Assembly (NCBI GenBank): GCA_047947115.1
Contig: CP170459.1
Span: 2,784,001-2,848,000, forward strand
From: Verrucomicrobiota bacterium
GTDB taxonomy: Bacteria > Verrucomicrobiota > Verrucomicrobiia > Limisphaerales > AAA164-E04
Reading direction: 5' to 3'
Length of the DNA stretch: 64,000 bases
Part shown: piece after piece, positions 10,827 to 19,398 of the stretch
Position numbering within the stretch: the first letter of the stretch is position 1
Layout of the letters: each line of letters begins with the position of its first letter
Position numbers and translations under genes: made by a program
Notes under the pieces: model-generated
What the model saw: the letters and a program-made list of their open reading frames with translations, nothing else
The model's database searches: none
Told to the model about the DNA's origin: nothing

Positions 10827-10844
10827 TCGTGAAATTTTTCACAA
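10827..10844. promoter_or_regulatory. Rex-like operator palindrome upstream of the atp operon
   Basis: TCGTGAA-ATTT-TTCACAA is one mismatch from the Rex consensus TTGTGAA-N4-TTCACAA and lies ~80 bp upstream of atpB. Confidence 0.6.
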
Positions 10845-11177
10845 GCATTTTTTTGGGATATTTCAAGTGACTTTTCAGTGGGAGGGGGGCGGTCGGCTGG
10901 AATCAATCTGCTTGCCGCAGGTTTTAATGGAGTGATACCTGGTTTTGTGTGGTGCTAACGAATACTTGTTTAAATGGGTTAATTAAAAAAAGTTTGCTCT
11001 GCAACGTCGTCGTGATTTTTGGCTGATGATTTGTCAAACGTTGCCAATTGTTCGCCGTGATACTCGGGTTAGCGCCGCAAAAAAAAGCATCCTTCATATC
11101 TGAGTTTCTGTTGCGAAGGAACCCATGCAGCCGAAGTTCCAATGTTTTCTGGCACAAGCAGAGCGGGGATTGTTTCT

Positions 11178-11336
11178 TCAAACGCCCAGGCTTGAACTCC
11201 TTCTGAAGGTCGGGTTTGAATGGCAATTTGAACGGCTGAAAGTATTTCCGTTGGGCATCATACCCACCCTTAAGCTTCTGGCCGACAGAGAAACCGCCGA
11301 CGTGAAAGAAATCACCATTACAGTCAGGCCAACCAT
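11178..11336 (-). pseudogene. 52-codon remnant of a secreted protein with a degenerate CxxCH motif
   Basis: MVGLTVMVISFTSAVSLSA-RSLRVGMMPNGNTFSRSNCH...: signal peptide, then RSNCH (CGT is one change from TGT, Cys), then an early stop. Confidence 0.35.
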
Positions 11337-11546
11337 GAGCGAGTGAACGAAAAATGATCCTTCATATTTTTGAGCACAATCATGGCGGAATAAGTGTGTG
11401 AGTTGAAATAACCTTGGATTATTCCTGGGAACGTAACCTGGATACCTGAAAATGAAAATCGATGTTTTGATCCTCTTTGCTTTGGACGGAACTTATGAAT
11501 CTGTTAACCGATTCATCGAGTGATGGGTTCCTTTTGATTTACCTTT

Positions 11547-11623
11547 TCGAGGGATGCCTTGGTCTTGCTTGACGGTGGTTTGAGACTGGCCTGACCGGCG
11601 AACCATAGTCCCAACACGGTGGT
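11547..11623. repeat. 77-bp direct repeat, copy 1 (displaced duplicate of the 3' end of the UPF0104 gene)
   Basis: Matches 12411-12487 with 4 mismatches. Confidence 0.95.
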
Positions 11624-11652
11624 TGGCTACGTGTTCTCCAGGAATAGGTTGC

Positions 11653-12084
11653 CTAGCTTTCTATAAGCTCAGTCACTTCACTGTGAATCTTTGCCAAAGC
11701 CTTATCCAAGGTTGCCAGTCGGCCTCCATGGAGCTCAGCAAGCGCTGCCAGATATGCGTCCGTGATTCCTGAGTGACCTTTTGCTTGAGAGATTATTGTA
11801 AATAACTTGCGATTGGACATGCCATCTTGAGGTTCTGCCCAAAAGCGATGATCCTTGCGTTTGATCATCGTGGATAGAGAGATTCTTGCGATGTCCGGCG
11901 TGGTAGGATTATTTGTGAATTTCGGATGGCAGCTGATGCGTATGAATCCCAGCTGCGTCAGCAGACATGTTGCCCAAGTGATTTGTTTGTGTTGGCTCCA
12001 CCATTGATGAACGCACTGGTGATGTGTGTGATCGGGCCAAGCCAAAGCCAAAAGGACATTGACATCAAGCAGGTAGGTCTTCAT
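11653..12084 (-). CDS. vapC: PIN-domain VapC-family ribonuclease toxin
   Basis: YLLDVNVLLAL, TQLGFIR, ITDAYLAALA and GRLATLD acidic PIN motifs; overlaps the upstream antitoxin gene. Confidence 0.92.
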   Translation of the reverse strand: MKTYLLDVNVLLALAWPDHTHHQCVHQWWSQHKQITWATCLLTQLGFIRISCHPKFTNNPTTPDIARISLSTMIKRKDHRFWAEPQDGMSNRKLFTIISQAKGHSGITDAYLAALAELHGGRLATLDKALAKIHSEVTELIES

Positions 12085-12307
12085 CGGCCATTAATTCTTG
12101 CACAGTTTCCAGTGTCATGGTTTCAGGAGCTTCAGATCTGGAAAAGATTGGAAATCCGTTTCGAGTCGACTCGATGCTTGCACGATTGCTTTCCAAACCT
12201 TTCAGCGCCAGTCTTGAGATAATACTTCCTATGGATTCCTTTGAACGTGCAGCAACCCCCCTTGCAAAAGCAAGTAACGATGGGTCAATATCGATGGTCG
12301 TTCGCAT
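12065..12307 (-). CDS. Antitoxin (RHH/CopG-like VapB type)
   Basis: MRTTIDID N-terminus and RNGFPIF motif; 80 aa, directly upstream of the PIN toxin. Confidence 0.88.
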   Translation of the reverse strand: MRTTIDIDPSLLAFARGVAARSKESIGSIISRLALKGLESNRASIESTRNGFPIFSRSEAPETMTLETVQELMADEDLPA

Positions 12308-12313
12308 ATACTC

Positions 12314-12353
12314 AGCATGACATATGATGTGCTGATGTCAACGCATCATATGT
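12314..12353 (-). promoter_or_regulatory. TA promoter with overlapping operator palindrome; probably leaderless
   Basis: TTGACA (12341-12336), 16-bp spacer, CATGCT (12319-12314) ending 6 nt before the ATG; inverted repeat ACATATGATG (12320-12329) / CATCATATGT (12344-12353). Confidence 0.65.
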
Positions 12354-12397
12354 TGCTGGGTACAAGTATGCCTCTCGTAGTTTGTTTTTGAAGTTTC

Positions 12398-13444
12398 TTA
12401 CTGCTCGTTCTCGAGGGATGCCATGGCCTGGCTTGACGGTGGTTTGAGGCTGGCCTGACCGGCGAACCATAGTCCCAACACGGTGGTGGGCAGGAAGAAG
12501 ATCAGGTGCATGACCAATCCATATGCCAAGGCGATTTCTTTGGACGGATGGATGTTGAGCACGGCAAAACCGAATATGATACCTGCCTCATAGAGGCCCC
12601 AATACCCTGGTGCTGCGGGAATCATGACAGCAAGCGATTCAATGACCATGAGGGCAATCGCCTGCATCAAAGTGATGGACACCCCATCAAACCCCCATCC
12701 CAGAGTCTGTGCCGCCAGGGAACTGATGACCCATATCAAAACTGAGTAAGAAAGGATCAGCAGAAATCGCCCCGGATGCTTAACAGCGTGGAATCCCCGG
12801 ATCACATCTTCCAATCCATGTTCGATGGCATGATGTATGCGTTCCGGCAGGGGGAGAATGCCTAGGAAGTGAATCAGTTTTCTGCGAACCGCTGGAATCA
12901 TCAGAAGCATCAGCATCCCAATCAACACACATGAACCAATAATGACCTTTTGCATCAGGGGCTCCAGCATCTCTCCACGCAGTTGGAAACCTCCGAACTC
13001 ACGCGTCATTTCCGGATCAATAGGGGGAATGAAGGCCATGGACACCACAAACAGCAGGATAATGGTCACTCCATCGAAAACGCGTTCCGTCACAATGGTG
13101 CCCAGTGCGACAGGGACACCAGTTTTTTCATGCTTGCCGACGTAGATGGCACGCATGAACTCTCCCACGCGTCCGGATGGCAATACGTTGTTGAATGCGA
13201 AACCAACCATGGTTGGTTTGAATAGCCGGTGGGCTGCCACGGGGTGTTCTTTGGGAAAGAGTAGTGCCCATCGAATGGCTCTCAAATAAATGGCAGCATA
13301 AAAGATGGCAATGGTTACCAATAACCAAAGCGGGTGAACTTGGGTGATGGCGTCCCATAGTGCTTTCCAATCCAAGTTTTGCAGGATCAGAACACAGCAA
13401 GCCAGTGAGACGAGCAATCCAAGGTAAACCGCAGTTTTTTTCAT
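12398..13444 (-). CDS. Lysylphosphatidylglycerol synthase TM region / UPF0104 flippase-like membrane protein
   Basis: RAIRW, NNVLPSGRVGEFMRA, ERVFD and PAAPGYWGLYE motifs; ATG at 13444 overlaps the upstream stop (TGATG). Confidence 0.9.
   Translation of the reverse strand: MKKTAVYLGLLVSLACCVLILQNLDWKALWDAITQVHPLWLLVTIAIFYAAIYLRAIRWALLFPKEHPVAAHRLFKPTMVGFAFNNVLPSGRVGEFMRAIYVGKHEKTGVPVALGTIVTERVFDGVTIILLFVVSMAFIPPIDPEMTREFGGFQLRGEMLEPLMQKVIIGSCVLIGMLMLLMIPAVRRKLIHFLGILPLPERIHHAIEHGLEDVIRGFHAVKHPGRFLLILSYSVLIWVISSLAAQTLGWGFDGVSITLMQAIALMVIESLAVMIPAAPGYWGLYEAGIIFGFAVLNIHPSKEIALAYGLVMHLIFFLPTTVLGLWFAGQASLKPPSSQAMASLENEQ
12411..12487. repeat. 77-bp direct repeat, copy 2 (within the UPF0104 gene 3' end)
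   Basis: Matches 11547-11623. Confidence 0.95.
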
Positions 13445-14550
13445 CAGTGTTGGCATCCTCTCAACGCCATCGATTCCAGCCAATCACAGGCTTGCGGCAG
13501 CACATGGTCCCAATGGAAAGCCTTGGAACGTGTCCAGGCTTCCTTGCGGTAAGTTTGATAAAGTTGCGGTTGTGACATAAGCCATTCGATTTCATTGGCC
13601 AGTGCGGCGGGCGTTTCTTCCTTTGAAACCCGTCCGGTCTGGCCGTGTTGTGTGGATTCCGTCAGTCCGGGAACCGGGTAAACCACCGAGGGGGTTCCCA
13701 TGGCATTTGCCTCGATGACATTCAGTCCCCAACCCTCGCGCACGGATGTATGCAACAACAAATGGGATTTTGCCAGCCATTCATCTTTTTCTTTTTCGCT
13801 GACACTGCCCGTGAAATGGACGTGTTCACTCAGGGCTAGTTCCCGAACCAGGCTTTCGAGGCGTGTCGTTTCCTCCCCGCTACCCACAATGGTCAGGCGC
13901 GCATGCACGTCATCGGATCTGAGGCATTTCACAGTGTGGATGGCGTGGTCGATGCGTTTGTTGGGAGCCAGTCGTGAAACCGTGATGAGTTGAATGGGGG
14001 ATTCCAAGGCTTTTTCAGGCAACTCCGGCAGCGCTTGTGTGTGCACGCCGTAAGGTATCCGCTTGATCTGCCGGATGCCATGCGCACGCAGGGCAAGTTC
14101 GGTTTCTTTGCAGGAAGTCCAGAATGGGATGTTTCGGTAAAGCCAATGGGTCCATCGTTCCTGGGTTTGCCCGATTTTATCCAGTGGCCATCGATAAAAC
14201 GAGGACCAGATGGGGCCCAGCACTTCGTGTATGAACGAGACGCAGTTTGTTTGAGCCCACCAGGGAGCGAACCAGGGGATGCCGTGGTGTTGATCGATGA
14301 CGAGGTCAAAGGCTGCTTGGGATTGATACCAGCGGTTGGCTGCCACGATGGATGTTCCCAAACCGCCGCCCCTGACGATCTGGACGCCCTCCAAATCTGT
14401 CATTTTGGAGCAACCTTTGTAAGCATTGGCAAACCAATAAACTTCATGACCTCTTGCAACCAAAGCGGAAAGGTAACCCAGAGAAACACGCTCCGCCCCG
14501 CCGGAAGCGGGGTTCTCCGGGTCTCGCCAATTGAGCATCAGGAATCTCAT
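13444..14550 (-). CDS. Glycosyltransferase family 4 (GT-B)
   Basis: NWRDPENPASGGAE, SRLAPNKR and EGWGLNVIEANAMGTP motifs. Confidence 0.93.
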   Translation of the reverse strand: MRFLMLNWRDPENPASGGAERVSLGYLSALVARGHEVYWFANAYKGCSKMTDLEGVQIVRGGGLGTSIVAANRWYQSQAAFDLVIDQHHGIPWFAPWWAQTNCVSFIHEVLGPIWSSFYRWPLDKIGQTQERWTHWLYRNIPFWTSCKETELALRAHGIRQIKRIPYGVHTQALPELPEKALESPIQLITVSRLAPNKRIDHAIHTVKCLRSDDVHARLTIVGSGEETTRLESLVRELALSEHVHFTGSVSEKEKDEWLAKSHLLLHTSVREGWGLNVIEANAMGTPSVVYPVPGLTESTQHGQTGRVSKEETPAALANEIEWLMSQPQLYQTYRKEAWTRSKAFHWDHVLPQACDWLESMALRGCQH

Positions 14551-14703
14551 TCGTGTAAAGCTGGGCCTTTCGCCTTTTGATTTTTGTCACGTGGCGACAT
14601 CCTGGCCACGCCGGTAACTTAACGAGTTGTCTCTACGAAATCGATCACGGAATTTACCCTTTACACTGCCAGTTTCAGACACCACATTGAGCAGCTTTGA
14701 ACA

Positions 14704-16692
14704 ATGAGTGTTTCTGAATCCAAATCTGCAGGGAGTAAACAGAATTCGACGGAAGATGGCGCCAGTGAACCCCTTAGCCACAAGGCGATCAAGGAAACGG
14801 TGCGTCGTTCCCAGGAATTTCTGCTAGGGGAACAGACTTCGGAAGGTTACTGGGTCGGAGAACTCCTCATTGATGCCACTTTGGTATCGGACACCATCTG
14901 TTTCAACCATTGGCGTGGTAAAGTGGACGAGGAATGGCAGCGCAAAGCAGTCAATCACATCCTGTCCCTGCAACTGGACGATGGCGGCTGGAACATCTAC
15001 CACCACGGCCCTCCCGAAGTGAACGCCACCATCAAAGCCTACCTGGCGTTGAAACTGGCAGGCGTCCCGGAAACCGATAAACGCATGCTCAAAGCGCGCG
15101 AAGTCGCCGTGAATCTCGGGGGTGTTCCCCGCATGAACACTTTTTCGAAACTCTACCTGGCTTTGTTGGGCTTGTTTCCATGGAAGTATGTGCCGACCAT
15201 TCCTTGTGAAATCATCCTCATCGGTAAATGGTTTCATGTGAACTTTCACGAGATGAGCAACTGGACGCGTGGCATCATCGTGCCATTGTCCATCATTAAT
15301 CATTTTAAACCCACCCGTAAGCTCAAGAACCCCATCACCATCGACGAGCTATACCCGGAAGGCTATCATGAGCGTGATCTGCTCTTACCGCGTGATCCGG
15401 AGATGTTCACCTGGCGCAACCTGTTTCTGGCACTCGATAAACTGCACAAGTTTGCCGAGAAGGTGGCGCACATGGGGCTTCACCCTTTCCGCAAACGCGC
15501 CTTGAAGAAATCCGAAGAATGGATGTTGGAGCGATTCGAGGGGTCCAGTGGATTGGGGGCCATCTGGCCGGCGATGCTTAATTCATTGATTGCTTTGAAA
15601 GCCCTGGGCTACGCCGACGATCATCCCCAAGTGCTGCGGGCGGAGCGCGAACTCAAGTTGCTGGAACATGAAACCGAAGACTCGGTCCGTATCGAACCCT
15701 GTCTTTCACCGGTATGGGACACTGCCATCGCTTCTGTATGTCTGGCGTCTTCCGGTGTGCCAAAAGATCATCCAAAGATGCGGAAAGCCGCCGATTACCT
15801 GATCAAAAAGGAAATCCGCTTCCGGGGTGACTGGAAATACAAGAACCCCACGGATGTCGAACCCAGCGGTTGGGCGTTCGAACATGAAAACAAATTTAAT
15901 CCCGACGTCGACGACAGCGCGATGGTGATCCTGGCGCTGCGGAAGATGCAGGCCAGCGACGAATCCGCGCGCAAAGCTGCCATTCGGCGGGGCGTGACCT
16001 GGATCAAGACCTTCCAATGCAAGGATGGAGGGTGGGCGGCGTTCGACAAGGATTGCACCATGAGCATCATGGAAAAGGTTCCTTTCGCCGACCACAACGC
16101 CATGCTGGACCCGGAATGTGCCGACATCACCGCGCGCATTCTCGAAATGCTGGGGGAGGAGGGTTATCGAATGGATAATCCTCAGGTTGCTCATGCGGTG
16201 AAATACATCAAGGGAGAACAGGAACTCGATGGTTCCTGGTATGGCCGTTGGGGTGTGAATTATCTTTATGGCACTTGGGCCGCTTTGAGGGGGATGCGCG
16301 CATTGAATCTGGACATGACCGAACCCTGGTTGCAGAAGGGTAAAAAATGGCTCGAAAGCGTCCAGTTGGAAGACGGTGGTTGGGGTGAACGATGCAACAC
16401 CTACGACGATCCCGTTTACAAAGGCGCCGGCCCCAGCACGCCTTCTCAGACTGCCTGGGCCGTCATGGGCTTGTGCGCGTTTGATGACCCGACTTTGCCG
16501 AGCTTGAAGCGTGGGATTCAGTATCTGATCAATGCCCAGGCAGCCGATGGATCCTGGCCCGAAGATGAAACCACCGGGACCGGTTTTCCCAAGGTGTTTT
16601 ATTTGAAGTATTCGATGTATCGCAACGCGTGGCCTCTTCTTGCTTTGTCGACCTATCAGGATCTGCTCGAGGCTCAAGATTCCAAAAAATAA
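14704..16692 (+). CDS. shc: Squalene-hopene cyclase
   Basis: PDVDD catalytic motif, QW repeats (QLDDGGW, QCKDGGW, QELDGSW, QLEDGGW), SPVWDT, WYGRWGVNY. Confidence 0.97.
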   Translation: MSVSESKSAGSKQNSTEDGASEPLSHKAIKETVRRSQEFLLGEQTSEGYWVGELLIDATLVSDTICFNHWRGKVDEEWQRKAVNHILSLQLDDGGWNIYHHGPPEVNATIKAYLALKLAGVPETDKRMLKAREVAVNLGGVPRMNTFSKLYLALLGLFPWKYVPTIPCEIILIGKWFHVNFHEMSNWTRGIIVPLSIINHFKPTRKLKNPITIDELYPEGYHERDLLLPRDPEMFTWRNLFLALDKLHKFAEKVAHMGLHPFRKRALKKSEEWMLERFEGSSGLGAIWPAMLNSLIALKALGYADDHPQVLRAERELKLLEHETEDSVRIEPCLSPVWDTAIASVCLASSGVPKDHPKMRKAADYLIKKEIRFRGDWKYKNPTDVEPSGWAFEHENKFNPDVDDSAMVILALRKMQASDESARKAAIRRGVTWIKTFQCKDGGWAAFDKDCTMSIMEKVPFADHNAMLDPECADITARILEMLGEEGYRMDNPQVAHAVKYIKGEQELDGSWYGRWGVNYLYGTWAALRGMRALNLDMTEPWLQKGKKWLESVQLEDGGWGERCNTYDDPVYKGAGPSTPSQTAWAVMGLCAFDDPTLPSLKRGIQYLINAQAADGSWPEDETTGTGFPKVFYLKYSMYRNAWPLLALSTYQDLLEAQDSKK

Positions 16693-16766
16693 TGAACGGC
16701 GTTGGGTGCTTAATCGCTCCCGAGTGATCAATTGGATGGTGATAGGATTCGAATCTTTGAAATGTC

Positions 16767-17399
16767 ATGAAGCGTTTGATCTGTTTCGCCGTCTCCGATG
16801 AAAAGCGGTTCTTCCAACCTGCTCCCGATGACAAGGTGCTGGTAACCGGTATGGGAGCCAGGGCGGCTGAGGCTGCGCTTAGGAAATCGCTGAAAGACAA
16901 TCGTCCGGAGCTGATTGTTGCGGCAGGTTTTGCCGGTGGGCTGAATCCTCAACTGACTTTGGGGCAAGTGGTGCTGGATGATCGACAAGGCGCTGCGGCA
17001 GCACGCATCAATGCCCGGAAAGATTCCGCACTTATTGTGACAGGAATTATTTTTTCCTCTGCTCGAGTATTGATAACCCCGGAGGAGAAGGGCAAATGCC
17101 GATCAGAAACGCACGCCGATGCAGTGGACATGGAATCAGAAACCATTCGGCGCATCGCCGGCGAGCAGGGCATACCCATGTTCGCTTTGCGCTCCATTTC
17201 GGATACCGTGCATGAGATGTTGCCTCTTGATTTCAATCAGTTCATGACACCCCGGGGAGGGATGCGTTTTGGTCGACTGATTGCCCACCTGATGTTTCAC
17301 CCGGGCAAGATCCCTTCACTGTTACGCTTTCAAAAGCGAGTCAGCATTGCCGCACGCGAGCTGGCTAAAGCCATTGAAATGGTGAATGGTGAATGGTGA
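16767..17399 (+). CDS. Hopanoid-associated phosphorylase/nucleosidase (HpnG-like, MTA/SAH nucleosidase family)
   Basis: TGMG, GFAGGL, AVDMES and RSISD motifs; directly downstream of shc; C-terminal MVNGEW is encoded by the heptamer array. Confidence 0.82.
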   Translation: MKRLICFAVSDEKRFFQPAPDDKVLVTGMGARAAEAALRKSLKDNRPELIVAAGFAGGLNPQLTLGQVVLDDRQGAAAARINARKDSALIVTGIIFSSARVLITPEEKGKCRSETHADAVDMESETIRRIAGEQGIPMFALRSISDTVHEMLPLDFNQFMTPRGGMRFGRLIAHLMFHPGKIPSLLRFQKRVSIAARELAKAIEMVNGEW

Positions 17400-17409
17400 A
17401 TGGTGAATG
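17378..17409 (+). repeat. Heptamer tandem array (AATGGTG)x4, site A left
   Basis: aatggtg x4 plus aatg, overlapping the stop of the hpnG-like gene. Confidence 0.97.
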
Positions 17410-17425
17410 CTCGAAGCGGACGATA

Positions 17426-17653
17426 GGTAGATCGGACCGTCCCCGGTCCGCACCTTGTGGCTTTCCTGTACAAATATGCCATCCAAATGAAACCCTGACG
17501 GGGAGGCATTGCGCAAGCCACATCGGCGGGCTTTGAAGCAACTGGCTTTCGAGAACCACAGGCTTCCCAAAACGGAAGTTGATGGTGAATTGTAAGCCGC
17601 AAGGGGCGCGCCCGGGATTCACGCAGTCGCGGGACAGGCAGGCACGATCTACC
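17426..17653 (+). mobile_element. GTAG-type REPIN/MITE-like element, copy 1
   Basis: Starts GGTAGAT-CGGACCG-TCCC-CGGTCCG and ends ...GGCACGATCTACC; interior highly similar to 31639-31831 and 31846-32051; ~22-nt insertion in the right REP. Confidence 0.8.
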
Positions 17654-17669
17654 CGGACCCATCCCTGAA

Positions 17670-17704
17670 ATCATTCACTATTTTAAATTCGCTATTCACT
17701 ATTC
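17670..17704 (-). repeat. Degenerate heptamer array, site A right
   Basis: Minus strand gaatagt gaatagc gaattta aaatagt gaatgat; contains the TAG stop of the convergent gene. Confidence 0.85.
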
Positions 17705-19398
17705 GAACCACCGCTTCCTTCAGTCAGTTCGATGATTTGACCGGATGGCATGTTTTGGAATGTTTCCGTTTTGCCGCCGGGCCAGTGGACTTCGATTTGA
17801 TTGATGTTCTCATGAGAACCCAGACCAAAGTGAAGCCTGGTTCCGTAGTGACTCTGATAGCCTCGTCCACTGTGGACTTCGTCGACGAAGGTTTGATCGC
17901 CAGCATGTACTTTGACCTTTGCTCCAATTCCAAACTTGTTGGACCGTGTTCCTTTTAAATTGATTTGAACCCAGTGTTGGTTTGTCGAAAGATCGTTTCT
18001 AAGCAGAGTTGGTTTTTGGCGGGTGTTCAGGACGACCACGTCAATATCTCCGTCGTTGTCCAGGTCGTCAAAAGCCGCGCCGCGGCTGCTGAATTTCGGG
18101 TTGAGACCGCTTCCCGCTTCAAGCGTGACATCTCGGAATTTTCCGTTGCCCAGGTTCATGATGACGCGGTTTTGAGCTTCAAATGTTTTACTGTCGTTCC
18201 AGAGATGGATGTTATCCTGCAGGTGACCGCAGGCGATGAAAACGTCCCGAAAACCGTCATGGTTCAAGTCCGGCATGCCCAGTCCCCAGGTCACTTCGTG
18301 ATAGGTTCCTTCTCCTGCGCTGCTTGTGTGCGTGATGTCGGTGAAGAACCCGTCGCCGTCATTGTGGTAATGAGTGGTCCACTGTTGTTCGTAAGATGTC
18401 ATGTAAAAGTCCGGTAAACCGTCGTTGTCCAGGTCCGCGCAATCCACTCCCATGGTTCCGAGGCCGATGCCATTTCGATCGTATGCAAGACCGGTCAGAA
18501 GCCCGACTTCTTTAAAGGATCCTTTGCCATCATTTTGCCAGACAAAGTTGGCCAGGGCATCGTTGCCCACAATGATGTCAGTGTCGCCGTCGTTGTCGTA
18601 ATCGGCGCACACGATCCCCATCCCGGTACCTTTTTTTGATGTAATGCCCGATACTTCACTGATGTCGGTAAAGGTACCGTCTCCGTTGTTTTGAAAGAGA
18701 GTATCGGCCGTTGGTCCATAGATCGCAGGGCCCGTGTAGGCGGGGTGCCCGTTGATATGTCGTTCCTTGTGTTTTTCCAGAGTGAAATCACAGTAATTGG
18801 CAACGAACAAATCAAGGTCACCATCCTGATCGATGTCCAGAAACGAGGCTCCGGCTCCAACCTGGTCTCCATTCGCCACGCCGGCTTTTTGTGTCACATC
18901 GGTAAAGGTACCGTCCCCATTGTTGCGGTAAAGGATGTCGGGGCCAAAGTTGGAGAGAAATATATCCGGAAAACCGTCGTTATCATAATCCCCGATGCAG
19001 ACTCCCAAGTGATAGGCCCGGTCGCTGAGACCTGAATCCGAGGTGATGTCAGTGAATTTCCATTGTCCGTCATTTCGGTAAAGCACGTTCCCTGCCTCGG
19101 AAGCTTTGCGATCCAACCCGGGAAGCGGGGCGCCGTTGAGGAACAGGATGTCGATGAGCCCGTCATTGTTGTAATCAAACGTAGCCAGTCCGGATGCCAC
19201 ACTTTCCACAATGTAGCGACGTTTGCCTTCTCCCCCGTCCGAATGGGTGAATGTGATGCCGGTCACACCGGTGACATCGCTCAGGCGAATGGCCGGCTGA
19301 CTCGATACCGTTTGATTGACAAGACCCCACACGATGCATGTCATCAGAGCGCGTGACAGGGTACTCTGGCGTTTGTTTTTTTGGGGGAGGTAAGTCAT
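17692..19398 (-). CDS. CRTAC1-family protein (FG-GAP/VCBS repeats plus C-terminal ASPIC/UnbV domain)
   Basis: Repeated DYDNDG/DLDNDGD motifs, SSRGAAFDD, GRGYQSH..RLHFGLG, IEVHWPGG; ATG at 19398 overlaps the upstream stop (ATGA). Confidence 0.92.
   Translation of the reverse strand: MTYLPQKNKRQSTLSRALMTCIVWGLVNQTVSSQPAIRLSDVTGVTGITFTHSDGGEGKRRYIVESVASGLATFDYNNDGLIDILFLNGAPLPGLDRKASEAGNVLYRNDGQWKFTDITSDSGLSDRAYHLGVCIGDYDNDGFPDIFLSNFGPDILYRNNGDGTFTDVTQKAGVANGDQVGAGASFLDIDQDGDLDLFVANYCDFTLEKHKERHINGHPAYTGPAIYGPTADTLFQNNGDGTFTDISEVSGITSKKGTGMGIVCADYDNDGDTDIIVGNDALANFVWQNDGKGSFKEVGLLTGLAYDRNGIGLGTMGVDCADLDNDGLPDFYMTSYEQQWTTHYHNDGDGFFTDITHTSSAGEGTYHEVTWGLGMPDLNHDGFRDVFIACGHLQDNIHLWNDSKTFEAQNRVIMNLGNGKFRDVTLEAGSGLNPKFSSRGAAFDDLDNDGDIDVVVLNTRQKPTLLRNDLSTNQHWVQINLKGTRSNKFGIGAKVKVHAGDQTFVDEVHSGRGYQSHYGTRLHFGLGSHENINQIEVHWPGGKTETFQNMPSGQIIELTEGSGGSNSE

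Noticed and set aside
10924..11346. ORFs 10924-11226 (-) and 11125-11346 (+)
   Set aside because: They have no motifs or convincing start signals and lie in an AT-rich intergenic region.
17378..17409. Heptamer arrays or REPIN copies as a CRISPR array
   Set aside because: The units are contiguous 7-mers or ~200-bp near-identical elements with no unique spacers, and there are no cas genes.
17322..17674. Short ORFs over sites A and B (e.g. 17322-17570, 17330-17674, 31509-31721, 31603-31935)
   Set aside because: They are translations of the repeat elements (HSPFTIHH is the antisense array) and the frames are not preserved between copies.
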